From assembly GCA_964613985.1 (NCBI GenBank), contig CAZTJD010000009.1, positions 859 through 64,858 on the forward strand: a stretch of DNA of 64,000 nt, given 5' to 3'. The notes below the pieces were generated by a model. It saw only the letters and a program-made list of their open reading frames with translations. It was not told the DNA's origin and searched no databases. How positions within the stretch are numbered: position 1 is the stretch's first letter; every line of letters begins with the position of its first letter. Origin of the DNA: an uncultured Anaerolineales bacterium. GTDB lineage: Bacteria > Chloroflexota > Anaerolineae > Anaerolineales > UBA11858. Shown here in pieces: positions 1 to 6,983 of this stretch. A program made the translations under genes and the position numbers.

Positions 1-95
1 CATCCTTAGATCTGAGCCATCATCCAAACCTGGCCCAGATCGGCAATCAGCCGGTGAATTTACAACAATACGATCAGTTGCTCGGGGTCAGGTGA
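1..95 (+). CDS. istA: IS21-family transposase IstA, extreme C-terminus (5' part outside window)
   Basis: A frame open from the window edge ends ...GNQPVNLQQYDQLLGVR* (TGA 93-95), 3 nt before the istB ATG. The istA-istB tandem is the defining IS21 layout. Only about 31 codons are visible. Confidence 0.5.
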   Translation, partial: SLDLSHHPNLAQIGNQPVNLQQYDQLLGVR

Positions 96-98
96 ACA

Positions 99-842
99 AT
101 GAAGAAGAATGATTTGCTGGAGAGTTATCTGCGGCAGCTACGGTTGCCAACTTTTGCCAAAAACTACGGTCCGTTTGCAGTCGATGCGGCACAGAACCAA
201 TTGGATTACACTCGTTACTTACTGGCATTAACCGAGCAGGAAATCCACCAACGTGAACAGAATCGCATTCAAAAGAGCCTCAAAGATGCTCGTTTCCCAT
301 TGACCAAGGAGATGGCTGATTTCGATTTCTCTGCTATTCCTAACCTGAACAAGGCCCAGATCTTGGATTTGGCGAGAGGAGAATATATTCTTAAGCGAGA
401 ATCCATTATCTTGGTTGGTAATCCTGGCTTAGGAAAGACCCATTTAGCCATCGCCCTGGCCCGTGCAGCCTGTCTTCAAGGTCACAGAGTTCGTTTCTGG
501 ACAGCTGCTGACTTGGTCAATGAATTACTTCAGGCTCAGGAAGACCGTGGCTTTCACCGGTTCATTGCCTCAGCTCTCAAACTCCAATTAGTTGTCTTGG
601 ACGAACTTGGCTTCATCCCCCTGACTTCCCAGGGTTCTCAGGCTCTTTTCACTTTTTGCTCTGAGCTTTATGAACGCCTGGCTTTGATCGTAACTACCAA
701 TCTCAAGTTTGCGGATTGGGTACAGATCTTTGAAGATGAGCGGCTTACTGCAGCCCTCTTGGATCGCCTTACACATCATGCAAATATCATCGAGTTAGTT
801 GGTGAGTCCTATCGCTTCCGCCAACGCTTAGGACAGCACTAA
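99..842 (+). CDS. istB: IS21-family helper ATPase IstB (DnaC-like AAA+)
   Basis: 247 aa. Walker A GNPGLGKTHLA, Walker B VVLDELG, C-terminal LLDRLTHHANII block and typical IstB length. It lies directly after the istA stop. Confidence 0.9.
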   Translation: MKKNDLLESYLRQLRLPTFAKNYGPFAVDAAQNQLDYTRYLLALTEQEIHQREQNRIQKSLKDARFPLTKEMADFDFSAIPNLNKAQILDLARGEYILKRESIILVGNPGLGKTHLAIALARAACLQGHRVRFWTAADLVNELLQAQEDRGFHRFIASALKLQLVVLDELGFIPLTSQGSQALFTFCSELYERLALIVTTNLKFADWVQIFEDERLTAALLDRLTHHANIIELVGESYRFRQRLGQH

Positions 843-1022
843 GGAAGGTTTATCGCTTTTTTTTGACCAATGTCAGGGCAAAAAAGAACAGAGGGCTATG
901 ATGATTTCCATTGGCCCTCTGCCCTGACACCGGTACCCTCACGGCGCTCGGGTCGCTCCTCAGCGTTGCCCTATCCTCCGCTTTGGGTGCTGAAATTCTA
1001 TCATAACTATTTTTAAATCAAG

Positions 1023-1126
1023 TGGTCGATTTTTTGTTGTTAAAATGGTTGGTTTTTTGATGTGAATTGTTAACATTCAAAATGCACAGGTGGTCGGTTT
1101 TTTCGTGTTAAAGTGGTCGACTTTTT
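1023..1126 (+). repeat. Four direct subterminal repeats, (A)GTGGTCG(A/G)nTTTTT-like, at 1023, 1047, 1090 and 1113
   Basis: Read directly: gtggtcgatttttt / tggttggtttttt / gtggtcggtttttt / gtggtcgacttttt. They form two pairs about 23 nt apart. Likely transposase-binding repeats of the IS21 end. Confidence 0.7.
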
Positions 1127-1301
1127 CATTGACAAAAACAGGAAGAGGCATGGAAAAGATACAAGGTGACCATTTTTCTTGTATCCCATCGGTAGAGTTA
1201 TTAATTCCCTGTCAATATTGTTATTCCATACAGTATTAACATTGTGAGAAACGCTTCTATATCCCTAGATTTCTGAATTAATTGGGAAAAGAAACAATAA
1301 T

Positions 1302-1320
1302 CCATTCCAATTTGGAATGG
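1302..1320. promoter_or_regulatory. Perfect 19-bp palindrome CCATTCCAA-T-TTGGAATGG, candidate operator upstream of the sugar ABC operon
   Basis: 9-bp arms around a single central base, checked base by base. It sits about 20 nt upstream of the predicted -35. Confidence 0.4.
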
Positions 1321-1338
1321 GTTAGATGAAAGAAAGAA

Positions 1339-1367
1339 TTGACCTTTCTTGTCAATCCCTGTATGCT
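1339..1367 (+). promoter_or_regulatory. Sigma70-type promoter candidate for the sugar ABC operon
   Basis: TTGACC (1339-1344), 17-nt spacer, TATGCT (1362-1367), about 65 nt upstream of the ATG at 1432. The -35 is embedded in a short inverted repeat ATTGAC-N7-GTCAAT. Confidence 0.5.
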
Positions 1368-1431
1368 TTATTTAGAGCCTGTGCGCATTGTCACAGAATA
1401 ACCTGATTATGAAAGGAAATGGAGATAACAC

Positions 1432-2646
1432 ATGAAGAAACTCACCTTATTCTTGATGGTATTGATGATGGTTTTTATATCGGCCTGTGCAGCTGCAAAA
1501 GAAACTGCTGCACCGGAGACTGGCGAAGAACGAGAAACCACACAAGAGAAGGCAGGACCAGAGGAAGCCGAAGCTGAAGGAAAACAAATCATCGCTGTTT
1601 GCCTTCCAGCGTTAGATAATCCCTTGATGTTAGGATTTCAGGATGCCTTCACAAATGCGTTCGGTGAACAATATGATGTCCAAGTAGCCAGCGCAGATGG
1701 GAATGCCAATACCCAAGCCACACAGATCGAAAACTACACCGCCATGAATGTAAAATTCATGTTTGTTATGGCAGTTGAACCGACTAGCCTCGTACCAAAA
1801 TTAAAAGCAGCAAAAGAAGCTGGTATTTCAATTCTTTTTGCTGGTGGTGACCCGGGAGATCCAGAAGCCTATACAGCTTTTATGCATATGAACCAGTTCC
1901 TATCAGGCCACTATGCGGCTTTTATGGCTAAGCAGTGGGTAGATGAAACTTATCCTGATGCTGTTCCGGGCTCGATTGAAACAGTGATTTTCGAATCTAC
2001 ACTAAATCCAGAAGCTGTTGATCGATCTAATGGGTTAAAGATGATCTCTGAACCTTACTTTAAAAACGCGAATGGAGAATACATCGACGGAGCTGGTGAT
2101 GTTGTTGACGAGGCAAATCGGATTCCCAACCCAGCCTACTCAGAGGCTCTGAATGTAGTTCAAATTGTGCAAGCGGAAATGTTTCAGGCTGGTCAGACCG
2201 CAATGCAGAATGTCTTAACCACAAACCCAGATGTTAAACTCATCCTGGCGTATGCTGGCGATGGAGCAATGGGAGCTTCCCAAGCTATCATAGATGAGTA
2301 TGCCAAGGGTCCTGGTGTAAGTGCAATCGAAGATTTGAATAAAGTAGCAGTTTTCAGCATTGGTTTGATTGGGGCTGAAGGACCAGCAGTTGCTGACTCT
2401 TCCACCGGTAAGGGTGTTTTTCGAGGAACCATTCGTTTTGGAGGGGACCTTGTTGGGCGAACAATGGAATATGCAGTTAAAATGCTAAATGGTGAAGTGG
2501 TTCCCGCGGATATCTGGGATGATCTTGAATTAGTGACAGCTGTTGATGGTGCACTCCATTCTGTACCAGTTGAAAGTGCTACAGTCTTGACAATCCCAAC
2601 TGCTGTTCCACAAGAACTAATCTTACCAGGCCCCCCTCCTCCATAA
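1432..2646 (+). CDS. Sugar ABC transporter substrate-binding lipoprotein (type-1 PBP, RbsB/FrcB-like)
   Basis: 404 aa. Lipoprotein signal MKKLTLFLMVLMMVFISAC, an E/T/A-rich linker, then a PBP1-like body (IIAVCLPALDNP...). GGAGA RBS. Followed by a CUT2-type ATPase and permease. Confidence 0.8.
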   Translation: MKKLTLFLMVLMMVFISACAAAKETAAPETGEERETTQEKAGPEEAEAEGKQIIAVCLPALDNPLMLGFQDAFTNAFGEQYDVQVASADGNANTQATQIENYTAMNVKFMFVMAVEPTSLVPKLKAAKEAGISILFAGGDPGDPEAYTAFMHMNQFLSGHYAAFMAKQWVDETYPDAVPGSIETVIFESTLNPEAVDRSNGLKMISEPYFKNANGEYIDGAGDVVDEANRIPNPAYSEALNVVQIVQAEMFQAGQTAMQNVLTTNPDVKLILAYAGDGAMGASQAIIDEYAKGPGVSAIEDLNKVAVFSIGLIGAEGPAVADSSTGKGVFRGTIRFGGDLVGRTMEYAVKMLNGEVVPADIWDDLELVTAVDGALHSVPVESATVLTIPTAVPQELILPGPPPP

Positions 2647-2680
2647 AAAATCAAATTATCACCTATCCTAAAAGAACATG

Positions 2681-2727
2681 AAAAAACTGGGGATCAACCC
2701 CGAAATTGGGTTTCCTCAGTTTTTTCC
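2681..2727 (+). terminator. Intra-operon hairpin / partial terminator after the binding-protein gene
   Basis: aaaaaactgggg...cctcagtttttt. About 18 bp of pairing with a 2-nt bulge, A-tract/T-tract flanks and a TTTTTT run on the 3' side. This is the usual position for attenuating downstream ABC genes relative to the SBP gene. Confidence 0.5.
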
Positions 2728-2778
2728 ACCTGATAGTTATTGCTTTCTCAAAAATGGGATATATTCAATAGAGGCTCA

Positions 2779-3567
2779 ATGAGTGCTAACTATTGTGTTG
2801 AGATGAAGGGAATTAGCAAGCATTTTGGCGGTATTCATGCCCTAAAGAATGTTAATCTGGAACTTCGATATAGCGAGATCATGGGGATCGTTGGGGACAA
2901 TGGAGCAGGCAAGTCAACATTGATGAAAATTCTCTCAGGAGCATACCTGCCGGATGAAGGAGAGATTTTTGTTAATGGACAGAAAGCTGAAATTCAAACT
3001 CCACAAGATTCTTTCAACTTGGGAATCAGCATGATCTACCAAGATTTAGCCTTGTTTAACAATCTGGATGTAACAAGAAATATATTTGTTGGAAGGGAGC
3101 TGGTTCGAGGACCTTTTGGTATTTTCTTGGATAAAAGAAATATGTATGAGAAAGCAGCAGATTTGATTCGGGAACTTCGCGTCGATATTAAATCCCCTAG
3201 ATTAAATGTAGCAAGTATGTCTGGTGGACAACGCCAGATGATTGCTTGTGCCCGGGCTATTGCGTTTCAGTCGAAAATCCTGATCATGGATGAACCAACA
3301 GCAGCTTTAGGGGTGACAGAAGCAAATAAATTGTTAAGCCTGATCAGGAATTTTAAAGATTTAGGGATATCCATCTTACTTATTACTCAGAGAATTCCGG
3401 ATATCTTAGCAATTGCTGACCGTGTATTTGTGCTTAAAGGTGGTAAACGTCAAGATATCCTGGAGGTAAATAAAATTACGCTTGACGATATCGTGACAAT
3501 GATTGTTAAAGGCAAGGATAACAATGGAAATCAGAGACAAAAGTTGGAATTTGATTCTTTTGGATAA
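2779..3567 (+). CDS. Sugar ABC transporter ATP-binding protein, single nucleotide-binding domain (FrcA-like)
   Basis: Walker A GDNGAGKST, signature MSGGQRQ, Walker B ILIMDEPT. The ORF opens at 2740, but ATG 2779 is preceded by AGAGG. About 262 aa, so half the size of RbsA/MglA-type fused ATPases. Confidence 0.85.
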   Translation: MSANYCVEMKGISKHFGGIHALKNVNLELRYSEIMGIVGDNGAGKSTLMKILSGAYLPDEGEIFVNGQKAEIQTPQDSFNLGISMIYQDLALFNNLDVTRNIFVGRELVRGPFGIFLDKRNMYEKAADLIRELRVDIKSPRLNVASMSGGQRQMIACARAIAFQSKILIMDEPTAALGVTEANKLLSLIRNFKDLGISILLITQRIPDILAIADRVFVLKGGKRQDILEVNKITLDDIVTMIVKGKDNNGNQRQKLEFDSFG

Positions 3568-3602
3568 TTTACTTAATTCCTGATACAGCTGGAATAACAA
3601 AA

Positions 3603-4598
3603 ATGAATCCGAATAAATTTACCTTCTTTCGCAAGAAGTTTAATCAGATGAACATCAGTGGGTTGAGAAAATATACAGTTATGTTCGTACTTATTATCTT
3701 AATGGTGCTTTTTTCCTTCACAAGTCCATATTTTCTCACTTTCCGTAATTTAACCAACATAATTAACCAGAACACTTATTTTATTATCGTCGCAATAGGT
3801 CTTTCGTTCGTTATGATTGGAGGAGGCATCGATTTGTCGGTTGGTTACCAGATGTCCTTGGTGGGGGTTATCACAGCAATGATGATGATGGTGTATCAAT
3901 TTCCGGTCTGGTTGGCAATTACATTAGGTTTGTTGTTGGGTACAATACTTGGTTTATTGAATGGATTAATCGTATCCAGCATTAAAATCTTCCCCCTTAT
4001 CGCCACCTTAGCGACAAGCATTGTATTTCAAGGAATTTCCTACCTAATCTCTAAAGCAAATACGTTCCGAAGTTATCCAGATTCATTTCTATTTCTTACC
4101 AGGGGAAAGGTACTGGATTTGCCATTTGATGTGTTTCTCACCCTGTTGATTACAATCCTGGTAAGTATTGTTTATTATGAAACAGTCTTCGGCTTTAGGT
4201 TAACAGCTTTAGGTGGAAATGAGGAAGCATCGCGTCTTTCAGGTATCAATATTCGTAAGATGAAGATCACAGTGTACACCCTTTGTGGGTTTTTCACAGC
4301 TATCGGTACTATGGTAATGATTTCCAAAGCCAATACGACTAATTCGTCATTTGGCCCGGGAACTGAATTCATAGTATTGACCGCAGCCATCGTTGGTGGA
4401 ATAAGTTTCATGGGCGGAGAAGGCAATATTCCAGCTTTGGTTGCAGGTGTATTCATTTTGGCAGTATTGGGAAATGGGATGCAGCTTGCAGGTTGGGGTA
4501 CTTATGCCCAGTTTATCGTCCGGGGAATAATCTTGCTTGGGGCGGTAATATTTGATGAATACCAGTGGAGTGCCAGAAATATCAGACAAAAATATTAA
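3603..4598 (+). CDS. Sugar ABC transporter permease (RbsC/FrcC-like)
   Basis: 331 aa, highly hydrophobic multi-TM protein with a GGIDLSVG motif typical of the monosaccharide (CUT2) permease family. Confidence 0.85.
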   Translation: MNPNKFTFFRKKFNQMNISGLRKYTVMFVLIILMVLFSFTSPYFLTFRNLTNIINQNTYFIIVAIGLSFVMIGGGIDLSVGYQMSLVGVITAMMMMVYQFPVWLAITLGLLLGTILGLLNGLIVSSIKIFPLIATLATSIVFQGISYLISKANTFRSYPDSFLFLTRGKVLDLPFDVFLTLLITILVSIVYYETVFGFRLTALGGNEEASRLSGINIRKMKITVYTLCGFFTAIGTMVMISKANTTNSSFGPGTEFIVLTAAIVGGISFMGGEGNIPALVAGVFILAVLGNGMQLAGWGTYAQFIVRGIILLGAVIFDEYQWSARNIRQKY

Positions 4599-4655
4599 GG
4601 TTTAGAAAATTTGTTAATATCATTACAAAAAGAAGTGATTCGAAAGAAGAAAACA

Positions 4656-5576
4656 ATGAAACCAATTAAGAGATTTCGACCAGTGGATGAAGCATCCATT
4701 ATTATTCCACCAGCTGATGTTTCACAGATTCAAAGAAAGTGGTTGGATCTATCATATGCTACCCTCTCTGCTTCCCAAAAACTAGACATTTTTATACCGG
4801 ATATCGGGGAAGGACCTTTCCCAATTATTTTATATATCCATGGTGGTGGATTTGCCATAGGAGATAAACGGGATATTCATGTATTAACCTGGTTAAAAGG
4901 GTTGAAACGTGGTTATGCAATTGTTAGTACAAATTACCGCTTGAGCGGTGAGGCTGTGTTCCCGGCGAGTTTACAAGATATCAAAGCGGCTATCCGTTGG
5001 TTAAGGGCGACCAGTGACCAGTATCATCTAGATGGTGACCACATTGCAGCTTGTGGTGGCTCATCGGGTGGAAATTTAGCTGCAATGGTCAACTTAACTG
5101 CCCATGTAGCCGAATTTGATGATCCAAGACTAGGAAACCTTGATTTCCCCAGTAATGTACAAGCGGCTGTGGATTGGTTTGGACCGACAGACTTTCTTCA
5201 GATGGATGATCAGTTGGAAGAAAGTAGCTACGGACCCGCGGATCATGGTGAAGCGAATTCTCCTGAATCAAGATATTTAGGAGCTAAACTGTCTGAAGTG
5301 CCACTGAAGGTTGAGCTTGCGAATCCAATGACATATATCAATGAAAAAATGCCTCCAATTTTGATCCAACATGGACGTTTAGATACCTTAGTGCCTGTGC
5401 AACAATCCATCATGTTTGTAGATAAATTAAGAAATTATGTTCGTGGTGACCGTTATGAGTTTGATATTATCGAAGGAGCCGGTCATGGCGATTCATTGTT
5501 TGAAACAGACGAAAATATGAATCGTGTGTTTTCATTCCTGGATAAACATTTAAGCAATGAAGTTGTTATTTTATGA
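4656..5576 (+). CDS. Alpha/beta-hydrolase, probable carbohydrate/acetyl esterase
   Basis: HGGGF oxyanion-hole motif, GGSSGGN nucleophile elbow (G-x-S-x-G), C-terminal EGAGHGD. The ORF opens at 4611; ATG 4656 (MKPIKRF) is the more likely start. Confidence 0.75.
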   Translation: MKPIKRFRPVDEASIIIPPADVSQIQRKWLDLSYATLSASQKLDIFIPDIGEGPFPIILYIHGGGFAIGDKRDIHVLTWLKGLKRGYAIVSTNYRLSGEAVFPASLQDIKAAIRWLRATSDQYHLDGDHIAACGGSSGGNLAAMVNLTAHVAEFDDPRLGNLDFPSNVQAAVDWFGPTDFLQMDDQLEESSYGPADHGEANSPESRYLGAKLSEVPLKVELANPMTYINEKMPPILIQHGRLDTLVPVQQSIMFVDKLRNYVRGDRYEFDIIEGAGHGDSLFETDENMNRVFSFLDKHLSNEVVIL

Positions 5577-5683
5577 TATCTACCTATAGAGCAGAGTCAC
5601 CTCATTAGATTATTTTGCTTAGTGCAATTTAGTTCTGAATGGGTACTACAAAATATTAATTATAGACTCAATGGGCGCAGGAA

Positions 5684-5800
5684 CCCCCAAATATTGGACA
5701 TAATATACTCATTACTACTGTATGTGCACCTGTGGACACACGACAATCTGTATCTTAATCGTTAGGTTGAAGGTTCGGCGGCATACATGCCGAGTCACCT
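5684..5800 (+). repeat. Dispersed repeat, copy 1 (candidate attL; identity core 5753-5792)
   Basis: Core tcttaatcgttaggttgaaggttcggcggcatacatgccg is 39/40 identical to 23370-23409. The 70 nt to its left plus the first ~26 nt of the core are homologous to 56899-56990. Confidence 0.8.
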
Positions 5801-5831
5801 GCAGGGGTAATGCCGCAAGACTGTCATCTTG

Positions 5832-6064
5832 CTAACGGTAGAATGGGAAAATTATCCATTCTGCTGCTTTGTCTTGGTTATAGGTATCGACGTGGCTGAA
5901 AATATCCAAGTTGATAGAAAGCCTGTTGTGCCCCAATCGCTTGGAGACCACATTGAGACTGACACCATGGTTGAGCGTCAGTGATGCCATGGTATTCATC
6001 AGCTCGTAAAAGCGATTTCTTACTACCTTAGCATTCTCCCAATCCTGAAAAAATCCCTGTGAAG
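5832..6064 (-). pseudogene. Tyrosine recombinase (phage-type integrase) C-terminal relic
   Basis: Minus-strand translation: ...NRFYELMNTMASLTLNHGVSLNVVSKRLGHNRLSINLDIFSHVDTYNQDKAAEW...*. It matches the integrase C-terminal block (HDLRHT-x-AS...GV.L..VS.RLGHSSI.ITLD.YSHV). The H/R positions are replaced (YELMNT) and the catalytic Tyr is Phe (DIFSH). A TAA closes the frame upstream at about 6065. Confidence 0.65.
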
Positions 6065-6137
6065 GTTACTAGGATACACTGATGTTCAGAGAACAGAATA
6101 TTCTCGTGCAGTCTGCAAACGAGGGGTAAAAATCCTC

Positions 6138-6198
6138 TTGACTTCGATGTAGATATTTGCTACAATCCGGGAAACCGGTTGCGCAACCGGTTTCCCGG
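6138..6198 (+). promoter_or_regulatory. Promoter plus 32-bp perfect palindromic operator, copy A (duplicate of the lacI promoter)
   Basis: TTGACT (6138-6143), 17 nt, TACAAT (6161-6166), immediately followed by CCGGGAAACCGGTTGC|GCAACCGGTTTCCCGG (6167-6198). All 16 pairs verified. Confidence 0.7.
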
Positions 6199-6253
6199 TA
6201 CCTGTTTTTCTCATTATTTATCTGATAATCACTTTATCTTGGAAGGAGACGCT

Positions 6254-6435
6254 GTGCCCCGAGCGACGATCAGAGATGTAGCTGCCCTGGCCGGAGTTTC
6301 AAAGACGACGGTTTCTCATGTTATTAAAGAAACTCGCTTTGTCGAGGAAGATACGCGTCAAAAAAGTATTGCATGATATGGATAAATTTCAATACCGGCC
6401 GAATCCCGCCGCGCGGAGCTTAACGACCAAGCGAA
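6254..6435 (+). pseudogene. LacI-family regulator N-terminal (HTH) relic, decayed duplicate of 10914-11095
   Basis: [39 protein letters not shown], then a 1-nt insertion in an A-run shifts the frame (stop at 6374-6376). Nucleotide homology to the intact lacI continues to about 6435. Confidence 0.85.
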
Positions 6436-6460
6436 GAAGAAACTCTTCATTCTGGAACGA

Positions 6461-6775
6461 ATGAACCCCGGCATGTGGGAGCACGCCATGTGGATGACGG
6501 GTTACGAGAAATTCTTTTCAGTGATGATCAATAACAAGAAGCTGTGCCATGCCATCATGAGCAAGATCCTAGAGATCAAACGGGAGTACGGCAAGGATCT
6601 GACGATATGGGGTGGTAGTTGTGATTCACAAAGAGTAATACCTTATTGTACTCCGCAAGAAGTTAGAGACGAAACCAGGCGCCGAATTGAAAACCTTGCT
6701 CCAGGAGGAGGATTTGTTTTTGCTCCAATCCATGTGATTCAGGGTCATGTACCACCCGAGAACATCGTAACCTAG
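6461..6775 (+). pseudogene. URO-D-like protein relic (N-terminus missing, internal deletion)
   Basis: The 104-aa ORF aligns to two separated parts of the intact paralog at 20785-21786. PGMWEHAMWMTGYEKFF... resembles ...RPFERLQFLRGTENLF..., and GKDLTIWGG...APGGGFVFAPIHVIQGHVPPENI resembles KGKVTFWGE...SSGGVIAHCEWGKDNSKENI. About 120 residues between them are missing. Confidence 0.7.
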
Positions 6776-6983
6776 TGGGATGCGCTTCAAGATTACGGCA
6801 ATAACTAAGGTAAGGAGGCACTGATGAATCAAGGGTTTTACATAGAGAACAGGTGTAGAATTGCTTCGGGATTAACAGATGGGCACATCATGCTGGCTGG
6901 ACTCAAGGGCAGTTGGAGCGTCTGAGGTTTTGAACTGCACCGTCAGATAGGGAGCACCTGCCCGGAAAGGATCTTTTTGCCTA

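Larger units (their letters stand above)
1..1140 (+). mobile_element. Right-hand portion of an IS21-family insertion sequence
   Basis: istA tail and istB are followed by about 300 bp of non-coding end carrying four direct copies of a GTGGTCG-like box. Multiple subterminal repeats are characteristic of IS21 termini. The outer boundary (about 1130-1140) is approximate because the left end is not in the window. Confidence 0.7.

Noticed and set aside
871-929. Imperfect GC-rich hairpin (tgtcagggca...gagggc / gccctc tgccctgaca) after istB as a terminator.
   Set aside because: No T-run follows it and it lies inside the IS non-coding end. It may be an IS-internal structure, but I cannot assign a function.
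5753-5792. Reading the 40-nt repeat core as the 3' half of a tRNA or tmRNA gene, the classic integrase target.
   Set aside because: There is no GGTTCGAnnCC-type T-arm, no acceptor or anticodon arm geometry in either orientation, and no CCA-proximal stem. Only a short cggcat-ac-atgccg hairpin is present.
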